A stretch of DNA of 63,696 bases, filler included, from Asterionella formosa (lineage: Eukaryota): NCBI GenBank assembly GCA_002256025.1. It is 16 parts of 16 records of this genome, joined end to end, with 100 filler letters (N's around TTAATTAATTAA, not from the genome) between each part and the next. Parts side by side here need not be neighbours in the genome. Positions count along the whole stretch, not along the records: positions 1 to 3,902 come from NKIB01013842.1; positions 4,003 to 7,901 come from NKIB01013843.1; positions 8,002 to 11,896 come from NKIB01013844.1; 13 more parts are not named here. One strand, 5' to 3'. Position 1 is the stretch's first letter, and each line of letters begins with the position of its first letter. Shown here one piece after another: positions 1-11,996 of the stretch. The notes under the pieces are model-generated. The model saw only the letters and a list, made by a program, of their open reading frames with translations, did no database searches and had not been told where the DNA came from. Position numbers and translations under genes: made by a program.

Positions 1-1335
1 ATCTATAGGTTGTGGAGACTATCCTACACGTTTCTTGATCAAAGCATATTTATCATATGATAAACGATCTCAATCATATGAGAACATGAATCCTCTAATT
101 ATTATAAGATTTGTACCATATGGAAAAAGTTGTATGAATCAGGCTAATTGAGGAGCTTAGTAATTAAATCACTGACTTCAAGGTACAAAAATTGATATGG
201 AAAAAATTCAAAAACAGTACATCAGGTCATGGAAAACAATGATATCCTCATCCATTATATACATTTGAATTATTTCTAAGCTTAACTGATATATTATACA
301 CATGATGCGTGATACAAAGAGTTTTTTGAAATATGCAAATTTTCAACTGCATATATATTTATACATTTTCAAATTCTTTACAAATGCATACATGGCTAAT
401 ACATTTGAAATCATGTTTTTGAATGTTGCTTCCTTTTCATGCATGCCGGTACAGATCCTGGAATGAAAGATCACATTAGCCATATGATGAGGAAAACTGA
501 AGTGACGCTACAACACAATGATAAGCCTTGCGGCTTCGAAGGATTGAAAATTGAAAAGTTAATGGAATCTATCTCTGGGACATCTAGGGCTAATGCCAGG
601 ATGATCGATCGTTGGGTTCACAAAAACTAAATCATGATTTGATTCAAAAGCTCATTTGCATTTGGTGCTGGGAAACCGCTAATGTGGACAAAACAAAATT
701 GTGAAGTACCTGTGTTGGATCAATGTGCAACTGTTAGTACATAAGTGACACTCCTTGCATGTTTATTATTCAAGATAATTTTAATCAAACAGCAGTTTTT
801 GTAAGTTGTAAATGACCTCGGTGCAACGATCCATTGATGTGTACTTTGCGATACTCGACTGACACATTGTTATTCAGAAATGTCAGAAATACATCGATCA
901 TTTGGTAAGTCAATCAAGAATTAGATGCATTTGTTCTGGTATAAACAATCAAAACATAACTAACAACTTGATGCTATCAAAAAATAGGCCAAGGTGGTAG
1001 GATAGTGTAAGAACGACATGGCGAAAAAGCGGTTAGTAGATGGAAAGAAAGAAATGATTTCTAATTATGGTGATATTACAGTCTATTTCGTCATATTTTG
1101 AACAGTCACTTTGATTAGATTTTCGATCATGTTAAGATAGATATATGATGAAAGAATGTAAATTATAGGATAATGTTTTGATAATCATATGGTGTGTTGC
1201 GTATTATTTGTATGCTTGATATGATCATATACTTATAGTATGCATTTATCATACATATAACAGAATAAGTATCATGCGGTGAAAATTTCTGTGCCACTTA
1301 TCATACGATACACGTGATCTTATAAATATGATATT
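1..1335 (-). mobile_element. AT-rich, ATCAT/ATGAT-rich degenerate repeat; diverged relative of the terminal region seen at 30246 and 55142
   Basis: TGTGCCACTTATCATACGATACACGTGATC at about 1290-1320 resembles TGTGCCACTTAGCGTACGATACCCTTGATC at 55083; no credible ORF. Confidence 0.35.
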
Positions 1336-1399
1336 TGCTTGCTAAATAAGAAGGTAAACTGGAAAAGCATAACTGCCTATCTTGTCACTATTGTTGGGT

Positions 1400-1790
1400 T
1401 CCATTTCAGTGGGTACTAGTCAAAAGGACAACTATCAGTTACACTGTCTAGCACAGAAGCCAAGTATGTGGCAATGTTCTACTAGTGTGCACAAGAGATC
1501 AAGTTTGTAGCAATGCTACTTAATGAGGTTACTAGTGGTAGCTAAGATTATTTTACCAAATATCCTACATGATGATAATAAAGGAGCTATTTTTATCTCG
1601 AAGAATCAGCGGATCGGAACAAGGACAAAGCACATTAATATTAAGTATCATCATGAGAAGGACATGATTGGAGGTCATTTTTATCAGGTCAGAAAATATC
1701 TCTGCAGACATTAGTATGACCAACAAGGACGTCAAGGAACAGATTCATGCAAGATTGTTTGAACCAGTTCTGGGCTGAATGATGTGACAG
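1400..1790 (+). pseudogene. Ty1/copia RNase H relic
   Basis: Frameshifted motifs VTLSSTEAKYVA and DNKGAIFISKN..GTRTKHINIKYH. Confidence 0.85.
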
Positions 1791-1815
1791 CTTCTCGAAC
1801 TTGGCAATGGGAAGA

Positions 1816-2100
1816 TGTCAAGAATTTTAGTTCGAGCCATGAGGATTGTGAGGATTGTGAACTCAACTGTAATCGAATGAGTCAAATCAAATGAATTGTG
1901 CTGCCAATCAGCAATCTAAAAGATCAAATTGTGACGACTTCTAAGAAAATGTTAAGTGGAAATTCGAAGAGAGTCATAGAATGACTTTGTGGGAAGTAAA
2001 GATGTATGAAAATAGTTTAGCCTATACCTTAAGAATTAAAAATTGAGTTATTGTTTGACAGGAAGTTCAAATAGCTCATCTAGTAGAAAGGCTAGCAGAG
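1816..2100 (+). mobile_element. Copia 3' LTR (right boundary uncertain)
   Basis: Starts TGTCAAGAA right after a purine-rich tract (GGGAAGA) downstream of the RNase H; aligns by eye with 39523-39830. Confidence 0.7.
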
Positions 2101-2644
2101 AAAAGTAAGTGGTTCTTGGGAGTACCACTAGTAGTACATGAGAATCTACGTAAAGAACACAACCCGCCCATGGGAAGGAGAACAAAGCTTTTCACCACAG
2201 TACCACAGGTAGAGATCCCTTGGAGTAGCAACATGACTAGGCCAATGGTAAAAACAGTATCTAGCAGCTGGCACAACTTCATAATTAAACATTCTGAGGG
2301 TGTGAAGCAAGAAACTAGATCATGAAATAGCAAATGATGCTAAGGTCTTACTATGCCTTATGATAGATGATATATGACCATATTATGTTGTATCAACAAA
2401 AAAAAGGGGAATTAATAATAGTGATTGGTCTCCCAGTAGGCTAGCTTGACTTTCTGACTTTCCTCTTAGCTGGGCTTTCGAAATTTTGAGTAGGAGAACT
2501 TTCTATCAACTCAGAACTACTCAGAACTTCTTGGACTTTGAATCTGAAAAAATCAAAATGAACCATAAATGAGACATTTGCACAAAACAAAAGGACGCAT
2601 TCAAAAAAATCCATGAAGTCACCAAAATTGTACTCACCAGAAGT

Positions 2645-3757
2645 TCACACCTTTGACATTTCATGCTGCCCCCCCTTTCCCTCTTCGACCTCCCCTGCAG
2701 GAGGAGTTGGTGATGGGCTGGGTGACTTCCCAGATGCTGTCATGTCACTTCTGCTTTCGTTCATCTTGATAAGGGTATATAGGAGTGATCCGCCCAAGAC
2801 AGTAAAGATCCCCAAAACACCCATAAAGGTGGCTGGGTTTCCCCAAATGTAAAATGCCATCATGGATTGGACTGCAGCCTTGGCAGTGCCACTAATATTG
2901 TGGGAAAGTGGACTTGTTGCCTTGATTTGAAGGACAGTGACAATACCAATACTGAAACCAAAGAAACCAGCAACAGTCATGGCAGCCCAAAATGCCGAAG
3001 AAATCAGCTGCTTGTCAAGAGCTTCAATAAGGGCTGGGCCTTCAAAATATGCAACGAGGGGAATGAACAAGATACAAGCATTGATGTTGTTGTAATATGT
3101 GAGTCTCCAGTGATTGTCATCCACGGCAGGCAAAACTTTCTTGGTATATATAGAGTTCAGAGAGACAAAGAGGGAAGATGCGACACCAGCAATGGTACCC
3201 TTCATCGAAAAGTTCATCTCGCCCTGTGCTCCCATGATGAAACCCACAATTACAACCAAAAGACAAGCAAGCGTCGTACACGACGTAGGAATTCCGAGTA
3301 AAACGCGAGAGAAAAAGACATTGAATACAATGGTGAGAGATCTGGCAACATTGTAGAAGGACACTTCGACCCACTTCAAACAAAGATTGTTGAAGGTGAT
3401 CATTCCCACAAAAACCAATGAGAGGGGAAAGATCCGCCTGGCAGTTCCAACAAGGTATTCCGCCTTTGGAAATTGGGAGAAAAAAGAAGGTTTGCGCTGG
3501 CTCACATTGGAACTTCCCTCTTCTTGACTGACTGCAGAGTAACTTTGTTCTGTGGACCGGTTTGCGAGCTCGCCACACTTTCCGGCAGCAACGCAAATAA
3601 GTGCAGTGACGATACACTGAAACCATGTCACGAACAGAGGTGCAGGAATGGAAATTCCTTCATTTGACATAAGAATCTTGTTGAGGTAGACCATACTGAT
3701 CGAAATGAACCAGTAGGCTGCCACAACAGATGCAACGTAAACTGCGTTGTCATTCAT
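2645..3757 (-). CDS. SLC35C1: GDP-fucose transporter (SLC35C1-like nucleotide-sugar transporter)
   Basis: Intact 370-aa multi-TM ORF with YWFISISMVYLNK, FNNLCLKWVEVSFYNVARSLT and QIKATSPLSHNISGTAKA motifs. Confidence 0.92.
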   Translation of the reverse strand: MNDNAVYVASVVAAYWFISISMVYLNKILMSNEGISIPAPLFVTWFQCIVTALICVAAGKCGELANRSTEQSYSAVSQEEGSSNVSQRKPSFFSQFPKAEYLVGTARRIFPLSLVFVGMITFNNLCLKWVEVSFYNVARSLTIVFNVFFSRVLLGIPTSCTTLACLLVVIVGFIMGAQGEMNFSMKGTIAGVASSLFVSLNSIYTKKVLPAVDDNHWRLTYYNNINACILFIPLVAYFEGPALIEALDKQLISSAFWAAMTVAGFFGFSIGIVTVLQIKATSPLSHNISGTAKAAVQSMMAFYIWGNPATFMGVLGIFTVLGGSLLYTLIKMNESRSDMTASGKSPSPSPTPPAGEVEEGKGGQHEMSKV

Positions 3758-3902
3758 CGTGAGGAAGTCTTTGCGAATAGACGAGTGTGCGAGGTGTGCT
3801 TGGATAGTTGATTGGGGAACGTTCTTTCGCGTTTCCGATGAGACTATTATATCTAATGTGATAAAGTAGAGACTCTATCTTGAATCTTATAACAAGGGAG
3901 GA

Positions 3903-4002
3903 NNNNNNNNNNNNNNNNNNNNNNNNNNNNNNNNNNNNNNNNNNNNTTAATTAATTAANNNNNNNNNNNNNNNNNNNNNNNNNNNNNNNNNNNNNNNNNN
4001 NN
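3903..4002. other. Artificial contig linker (first of 15; the others start at 7902, 11897, 15892, 19887, 23882, 27874, 31865, 35850, 39831, 43812, 47790, 51768, 55751, 59727)
   Basis: Identical 100-nt N-run/TTAATTAATTAA/N-run spacers with stops in all six frames; the contigs between them shrink from 3902 to 3870 nt. Confidence 0.98.
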
Positions 4003-6481
4003 GAACCAGTACAGCTCATGGCAGGATTGCTACGTGATTCCAATATCATGCAACATTTTGTATGTCACCCACAAGTGAAACTTACAACTTGTGGAGAACG
4101 CATATATGACAAAGTAACTTCTGCGACTTGGTTTGAAAATGCATTCAACAATACTCCTGAATCAGAAAATGGAGTGTTGAAGACAGGGTGTTTATTTGTT
4201 GCCCTAGCAGTTTTCAGTGATGGTTCACCTATTGATAAACAAATGAAACATTCCGAGCATCTGCCCGTTTTTGCTGACAATGTTAAACTTAACGTTAGAA
4301 GGAAGAAAAAAAGTTGATGGATGGCAATTAGTATCTCTTTTGCCAGACATTGAAGTCAGTGATCTGGAGAAACAAATGAATCATAAGTTATCTGGTGACG
4401 ACTTGTCCTTTTGTAGACTCAAATTATATCATTATGTTAAAGGATTTCTATTGTCGCCTTTCGAAGATCCAAACAAGTCATATCCCGATGGAAAATTGCC
4501 ATGTATCCCACCTGAGTATTGTGTCTCCCAATCTAATTGCAAATAAGCAACAGCAAATGAGTGGTGCCGTGTTATATTGCAATAAATTATTATGCCTGCA
4601 CTAATAAATCATTTTTTTGGTGGTGACTTAGAAGGATTATTTGGTGCAACTCCATTTGAGGTTCTTCATCAGTTACTACTTGGAATATTTAAGTACATTT
4701 TGGAATCTTTCTACCATTATCGGACTATCCCTGAAGAATGGACATGTCATTTTAAAGAAAGAAAATCTCCAGATATTCCAGAAAACATCTCCGATCATAA
4801 ACGAAACACTGAAACAACAGACTCTGCTTTTCTTGATCAAGAGCAACCGAAGAAATGGGCAAAGACCAAAAAGGACACACGCACCAGTTATCAAAATATC
4901 TACACTGGCAAAAATCAAGACCCAACACTTGTACCAGCACCAGAAATGTATTTTCGAAACTATACCATACTTCGAACAAAGTACTAGATATATCAATAGT
5001 CATTTGGAAAGGCAAAGCGATCGTCATATTCCAAAATTGTCTAACAGATCTGGGATGACAGCGTTGTCAAAAATGTCAGGGCAAGAAATTCCCGGATTAT
5101 GTCTGTTAACCATTTTTTCAATGGGTGGAATGATGGGTTCAGAGAACATGCACCTAGAAAAGGATTTCACATTGCTGTTATGGTTAAGTATATCTATCAA
5201 TTACACTTTATTCATACCGCAGTATACATCAATATGTATTGATATTTTTGCTGTTATGGTTAAGTATATCTATCAATTACACTTTATTCATACCGCAGTA
5301 TACATCAATATGTATTGATATTTTAGAGGAAAGGATTAAGAGATTTATGTCAGTTACTAAGATTATGATTGATCCCCAACGGGAAATGATATCTCAAATT
5401 GGCTTACAAATGGCAAAATTTCATGGAATGAAACATGACCCTCATCTGATGGAAAAGTTCGGATCTCCTCTTAATTTCTTTGGTGGATATTTGGAGTCTT
5501 TTTGAAAGACAAATTGAAACGACCCAGTAAGCGTGTGAACGGACAATTACATCGATTAAAGCATGACATTTTAACAAGGTCATATGAAACAAGGCAGTTT
5601 GCATTGGCACGAAAAATTGTTTTTGTAAGTGATTCATTACATACAGAAAAAACAAAAAAAGAAGAAGAGTAGAGAAAATACCATCAATGTAAATGAGGTT
5701 ATTTCAACAGAAATTGATTTCGAAAGAATGATTCCGGATACAATGATGTGGTTGCCTAGTAGGTCGCCTGAAAATTTGGGAATATCGCCTGCTACCAAAA
5801 TCCATTCACCAGCCCTTCCTGTTAAAGCTCAATTCTCTCTCTGCTTCATCATCAAATGGTCTATGGACTATAGCAGGAGTCCCTAATAAGATTGGGCATG
5901 TATCACGGAGTAAGGATGCACCCTTGTCTCAATTGGTTCATCCTAATTTACCAAAGGGGGCCAACTACGTAAAGAGCATTGCGAATTCAGTAATAGAAAT
6001 AGCAAAAATCAAAAGTCTTGAAGATGGGATTGGGCCTGTTTCCATTGTAAGAATCTCTGGTCGTGAATGGTTTGACTGGGTCGAAGTGAACTGGGAGAAG
6101 GGAGATGGATCAAGTTTCTACACAGTTCCTGCAAAACTACTTCTTTGGGGAAATGTTATTTTCTCCAACTCAACAACCATTCTCTTAGCGTGTATTCGTT
6201 CGTTGAAAAGTTCAACTGAAATGAAACTTCATAAACGTATGTTTTTTGCAAGAAGAGACACCTTATGCAATGATACAACTGAATTGAGCGTTGATGAATT
6301 TCATAACATACTTTCGGCAGCATTTGTTGTTCCTGCTTTGAAACCTCAGGAATCAAGGAAATCTCTGAAACCGCAAGAAGTTTTGGAACAGATACGGAAA
6401 GATTATTTTTATGTTGACATGCCTCCACGTAATTTATGGAAATCAATCGGGTGGGACCAAAAACTAACAAGCGAACGTTGA
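4003..6481 (+). pseudogene. Plavaka-like (CMC-related) DNA transposase, family A, degraded
   Basis: Fragments AVFSDG, ATPFEVLHQLLLGIFKY, KFHGMKH..MEKFGSPLNFFGGYLES and REWFDWVEVNW; several frameshifts; paralogue at 59827-62041. Confidence 0.7.
5172..5323 (+). repeat. 76-bp tandem duplication that frameshifts the transposase
   Basis: TTGCTGTTATGGTTAAGTATATC... at 5172 and 5248; single copy in the paralogue at about 61672. Confidence 0.9.
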
Positions 6482-6599
6482 TAAATATATAAAAATAATA
6501 TAAATGATAATGGGAACAATATATATTCGCATACTAAATTGGTTATTATGAGGTTTTCACTAACTACAATTTCCTAAGAAATGATTATCCAATGGTCCA

Positions 6600-7856
6600 T
6601 TATTTTTTCTTTTTCACTCCCAAAGAACCTAAGATGGTCCTTCTCGTTTCGTCCGAAATTTTGCTTCTCCACTTTTCAACTGCAGTTCGATATGAGTCTG
6701 CAAACTTCTTCAAGTTGATTCCAGAAGGGCTATCATCAGATACAAAATTTTCTTTCAACATTTTGTCAATTTTGATGCATCCAGAAATTTTGCCAAGAGG
6801 TGCATGATTATACCATTTGAAGGGAGCAAGTTTGTCATTGCTTTGTTGTATCATGGATTTTACGTAGACAACTTCATCCTTCTTGAAAGAAGAGTTGCAA
6901 GGAACTCGTCCAAATACTTTGTTCAACATCTTTAAATCTAAATAGGATGTCAAGATTTTGTCGATACAAAATTGAAGAACAGTTATTTCCAACTGAAACA
7001 TATCCTCACGAGAATTTTTCGTTGTCACTTGAGGCCAAACTGTTCCAAGATGAAAGTATGTTGACTTGGTTGGTGGGTCAGATGTAATGGATAAAAAATC
7101 GTCTGTTAGATCTGTTGCTGCCACCTGACGTTTTAAAGCTTTCCAGGACTCAGTCTCCAAACAGAAATGTGCCCATTTGCCAAGAAAGTTGGTTTTGCCA
7201 TTCCTTTCTAATTGCAATAGAGTTTCCAACACTTTCACAATTGTAAAAGGTCCACATGACCATCTACTGTCATCTTCTGGTTGAAATAACATGGAATCAT
7301 GCATATTCAGTGGCCATACTGATCTGCAATGGTGCTTTGGTGCCAGTATAGAAAGATTCCAAGAACCCAATTTCTTCAGGTATATGGAATTCTTCTGGAA
7401 GATATCCTGCATTGGTGCATAACAATTCCAATTCTTTTCTGCATCCGGGGATGATGCAGTACTTACGAACAAGGTGAAATACTTGATCATAATGTTCATC
7501 CAAACTTGCATCTTTTCCTGGATCACAGACTTGACATAATCCATCATTTATAGCAAAAAGATAATGCACAAATTATTCTTTTCCTCCTCATCTGATCTTT
7601 TGCAATACACAATTAGCACATAGTTACTTTCGTGATGAAGTGGATGACAATCACCTTGGTATATATATGGATTGTTATTACCCTTTTCTGGGTTCTCATC
7701 AAGATTAAATATAACCTTTACATCACTTGGATGAAGTTCATGAATTATATAATGGATCATAGAGGTAATTGTTTCAAGGTCCCAATATGCAAGATCTTTA
7801 AAATCTGAACATGATTTTTTGATACCTTTGACTCCATAAAATACAGAGGCGTACAC
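6600..7856 (-). pseudogene. Ulp1/C48-like cysteine protease-type gene, convergent with the transposase, one in-frame stop near 7548
   Basis: FQPEDDSRWSCGPF resembles the Q-x-D-x-x-(S/D)CG catalytic motif; truncated paralogue at 62098-62366 in the same arrangement. Confidence 0.5.
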
Positions 7857-9334
7857 CAGCTGGTCTAACAGAATATAGCTAACTTCCAGACTATGGATAT
7901 TNNNNNNNNNNNNNNNNNNNNNNNNNNNNNNNNNNNNNNNNNNNNTTAATTAATTAANNNNNNNNNNNNNNNNNNNNNNNNNNNNNNNNNNNNNNNNNNN
8001 NCTCCATCAATTACATAATTATTAAGATTAACACACCACTATCAAAATATTAGTCATTACAATCCATAAATACTACCAGTTGTTTCATCCTCCTCATCTT
8101 CAGATGATGAGGTTTGGTCATCATGAGAGTGTTCAGCATCAGCATTGATTTCAATATTGATGGAATGTGATTCATCGCAGTTGCTGCTACTGGAAATGCT
8201 AATAAAATGAATACACTCTCAAGTAGAATGCTCTATTTCTTGCTGATGTCCTCCAGCATGATGGTAACTTTGCAAGATGAAATGGAATCATAACACTGAA
8301 AAGCTTAAGGCAACAAGCTTTAACTCCTTTTCTCTGTCATTGCAGTTTATTTGCATGCTTCGATTTCGGCTGTAAGCTTCACTTGATAAGCCCAGAAATC
8401 CGTTTCCAGGAGAGGCTGTTGAAAATATCATGCGAGTAAATTATAAAAACATTTATGCCAACAGCAAATGGATGAATAAATATTTGCGCATGAGTAATAC
8501 ATACCCCGTGTTGGACAGCTGTGTCAGTATGATACCCATGGTATATCAGGAATACCGGTACCCTGGTACCCTAAAAAGACGATCCCAAAGATTTTTATTA
8601 AGTCGTGTTTAGCTCTGGAGTACTGCCTACAGTAAGTACAGTGCATCAACTCTATAAATTTCATACCGTTACATCGTGTCTACGAACAATGTTGTCTATA
8701 GCTCTAACTGTATGTATCAAAGCATACAAATCATGTCATACACATGGATCAATACATACTGATAGGTTTGTTCATGCCCTTGAGTAATTACAAAAAATAT
8801 CGTTTGTCCGTAAAGTTTATGCACATGCATCCCCAGTTGAGAAAGACCGAAGCTACAAAGAATTCAAAATGTTTGCCGCCAATTGGCTAACGCACCGCCA
8901 ACACGTCCTAGCCGGCATATCCAATTTTGCTGATGACAACCATACATAGTATGTACTGGTACTTGCCATCGCTTGATTATCTGAAACGTGTGAAACATCA
9001 ATACACGGTACCAGTCCGGAGTAGCGAGTATTCCGAACAACATCGACAACTGTCAAATCGTTCGTCTGTTTTAAACACATAGGGAGATGAACTCGTTCCG
9101 TACTTCTTTGAATATTCGAATATTCGGAAATGTATATTCAGCTGTCATTGCTTTTCACTATAGAGCAAGAAGGACATGATGTTGCACTTAACAAATATAT
9201 ACTTATACCGGTACATAGTAAAGTAATATCGTAATAGTAACTCTCCAGTTGTTTGAACGGATCTGTACAAATTGTTTGTTGCTACTGAATATTCAGAATT
9301 GCTGGTGTTGAGGTACGAACAAACCAATGTTAAC

Positions 9335-10141
9335 ATGATGTTTCAACGACGTCGCAGCAAGAAAAAGAATTCAAGCAGCATCGACGATCAGCTGCTACGC
9401 TTGTTGGTATCCCCCTTCCTTGCGTATTATGTCGTCGCGTTCGTCTTGAACGGAATCTCCATCATAGTTTCTCTTATAAGTCACGCTCATCAGGGGCATG
9501 CTCGGTATTATAGCCGCTCGTACAAATGGGCAAATTCCTATTACTTCACCAATGCTATCTTCGCCATTTTGCATATGTGTGCGGCTGTTTACATTGTGTA
9601 CGCGTTGCAGAACCCACCGCCACTATACGATGAAGAGACGGCTCGTTATATCATTCATCCCGACGAATTACAGGAACCTGCGCCTGGTCGAGTAGGAGCT
9701 GCTCCACCGACAGACAAGAGCGGCGATGATCCATTGAGGTTGGCTGAAGGCAAATTGAAGGAGGCCCATGACCTGAAGAAGCAGCCTTCGCGGACGTGGT
9801 GGTCAAAGAAGAAAAAGGGACAATCAGGAGCAATCAAACAATCAAGCACTTTGGATAGCGAACAACGTACCCGGTCTGCTTCTTTCTCGGAGGAGGCTCC
9901 TGCGCCCAAGACCGACGGCTGGTCAATTGTCAAACAAATGGTATTGAAAGACAGAATTGTGCACTTGTATATTGTGGTTTTCATTCTTTATATCTTATGG
10001 CATATCTTTGCTTGTGCAGGGAATGTCTACCACTCTCGTGATTCTGGTATTCGATTTGTCAGCACATGTGTCAGTGTCTTTATATTCGCAGGACCTGTCT
10101 CATTTTTCGGATCTGTAATGTTTTGGAACCCAAACGAATGA
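9335..10141 (+). CDS. Hypothetical membrane protein (about 4 TM segments, charged central loop)
   Basis: Intact ORF from ATG 9335 (MMFQRRRSKK) with host-like composition and hydrophobic blocks at both ends. Confidence 0.65.
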   Translation: MMFQRRRSKKKNSSSIDDQLLRLLVSPFLAYYVVAFVLNGISIIVSLISHAHQGHARYYSRSYKWANSYYFTNAIFAILHMCAAVYIVYALQNPPPLYDEETARYIIHPDELQEPAPGRVGAAPPTDKSGDDPLRLAEGKLKEAHDLKKQPSRTWWSKKKKGQSGAIKQSSTLDSEQRTRSASFSEEAPAPKTDGWSIVKQMVLKDRIVHLYIVVFILYILWHIFACAGNVYHSRDSGIRFVSTCVSVFIFAGPVSFFGSVMFWNPNE

Positions 10142-10957
10142 TGGGCATGGGAAGGTTGGTGTCTTGTTTGGTCAAATTTAGTTCCATACACTGGCAAAAA
10201 TAGATAGCTCGTGTATAATTCCACCGTTAACTGTAGCTAGTCTGAGTGCATTGAAAAACACGTACTCCACCACTTCAAGAATAACCAGCAACTAGATCAA
10301 TGAAACTTCTATGATAGAATGCCTAGCGTGATGGATCCATTGTTCTCCTTGCATCTCTTCGAATGATGTCCACACAAATTCATACTGATTCAAGTTGCTT
10401 TGCTTCCCTTGCACCACAGTTGTGGAGTCAAAGTAATGGTAAAATCAAATTGAAAACTTCAGGATTAGTGAACAAAGACCTTACCTTCCCAAATGCTGCA
10501 ATATTTCACCATGGCATAAATGACATAAAAACAATAATGCTCTGCCTGGTTAAAGAGTGTTTAGGACCATCTAGTATTGATGTGGTCATGGCAGCCTTGA
10601 CAGTCAATTCTTCCTACTACTTCACCAAATGTCTTCATTTATTATGACTAATGTATACTTAATTTTCCTCGAGCCCCCAATGTACACTGCTGTGACTGAA
10701 TTTGACTGATTTCCAAGACTTTGATGAGACTTCCCTTATACTAGAAGACCTAGGTACATTTGATTAGTTCTACAGGATGGTGAGCACTTTTCAAATGTAT
10801 ATTAGTATGATCACCATTTTCGTCAAGTGACAAATGAAAAAGTTCTTTACCTTTCAAGATAAACGCGACATCATGGTGTTATTGTTGACTTAGATTCTCG
10901 TTGTTAATTTTAGTGTTATTACAATAAATATCTTCCAGTTGCATTGACTATACAATT

Positions 10958-11896
10958 TTGGCAATTATATTGTCTGGAGTTCAAGAGACTCAGAAATCTG
11001 GTGGCTTCAAGTATAATTTCAATTTCCATGGCAAACAGCATAGCCTGGTTGTAAAGGTACCGGTCGGGTTGGTGCTTGGCGATGCGAAAGGATTGGACAA
11101 TCAGTGTGGGAGGATTAAATATTACCTGAAAACTTTTCGTCTCTGTCGGGAATGTGATTGTTCATACGACAGTTTAGACAAACCATCAATCAAATGCTCT
11201 CCAGTAGGGCAAGTGGGTTATGCTGCCCTATGAGGAAGGGACGACAAAACACTAATGGATGCTGTGTCACAACGTTTTATTACACCTTGCTGGTATGCGT
11301 TGGATTTTGGTGGAGATCCATTGGGAATCAATGGCCATTGCCCTCCTGAAAAGTTGCACTCAATACATGAGGGAATGATGCGTTATCTCATTCTTCTGTT
11401 CTCGGTAAAGTTCGGCACTGTTACCTCTGCTCAGGGGTTGAAAAATAGAACCGCTTTTGATACATTATTCATAAAAGTGTCAAAGATGATGTAACATCAA
11501 AGCGATCGGGATATGCCAAGGTGCAATTTTCATGGTGGATTCCATGGATGTTGTCCAAAGATTACAGGAAATGAAACAGATGGGGTAATGCTTGTTGCTT
11601 GTTTGGTAATGGCTACAGACGCCGGAATCAAGCTTTGCAAGGATGAGGTTGGAATGTCAATGCAGGAAATAAAAGACATCCAAATAATTTTCGAGGGCAT
11701 GGTTTGTTATAATTCCTGGTTCAGCCAAGAAAGTTATGACGTACATCGATTGATGGGAATTGATTGTCGATCCATTGTCAAGTACTACACAAAATTAGTC
11801 AAGATTTTCCCAAGAGAAACGACAGAGCAAGGCTGGAAAATGACAAAGTTTCATCAGCAGATGCATACTGTCCGAAATATCGAACGGTTTGGCAGT
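10958..11896 (+). pseudogene. Plavaka-like transposase, family B, degraded and cut by contig end
   Basis: VLGDAKGLDNQCG..CRECDC, CPPEKLHSIHEG and WKMTKFHQQMH..IERFGS motifs, with a frameshift and a stop. Confidence 0.7.
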
Positions 11897-11996
11897 NNNN
11901 NNNNNNNNNNNNNNNNNNNNNNNNNNNNNNNNNNNNNNNNTTAATTAATTAANNNNNNNNNNNNNNNNNNNNNNNNNNNNNNNNNNNNNNNNNNNN

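Noticed and set aside
2613..3667. Several antisense and alternate-frame ORFs over the transporter (likewise over other CDSs)
   Set aside because: Shadow ORFs with no motifs
3903..4002. Regularly spaced TTAATTAATTAA palindromes every 4 kb or so
   Set aside because: Artificial linkers inside N-runs; any gene cluster or ORF spanning them (ORFs ending in X..LIN) is an artefact
11585..11896. True overlap joining this contig to the one starting at 35950
   Set aside because: At least three substitutions differ, so these are separate copies or alleles
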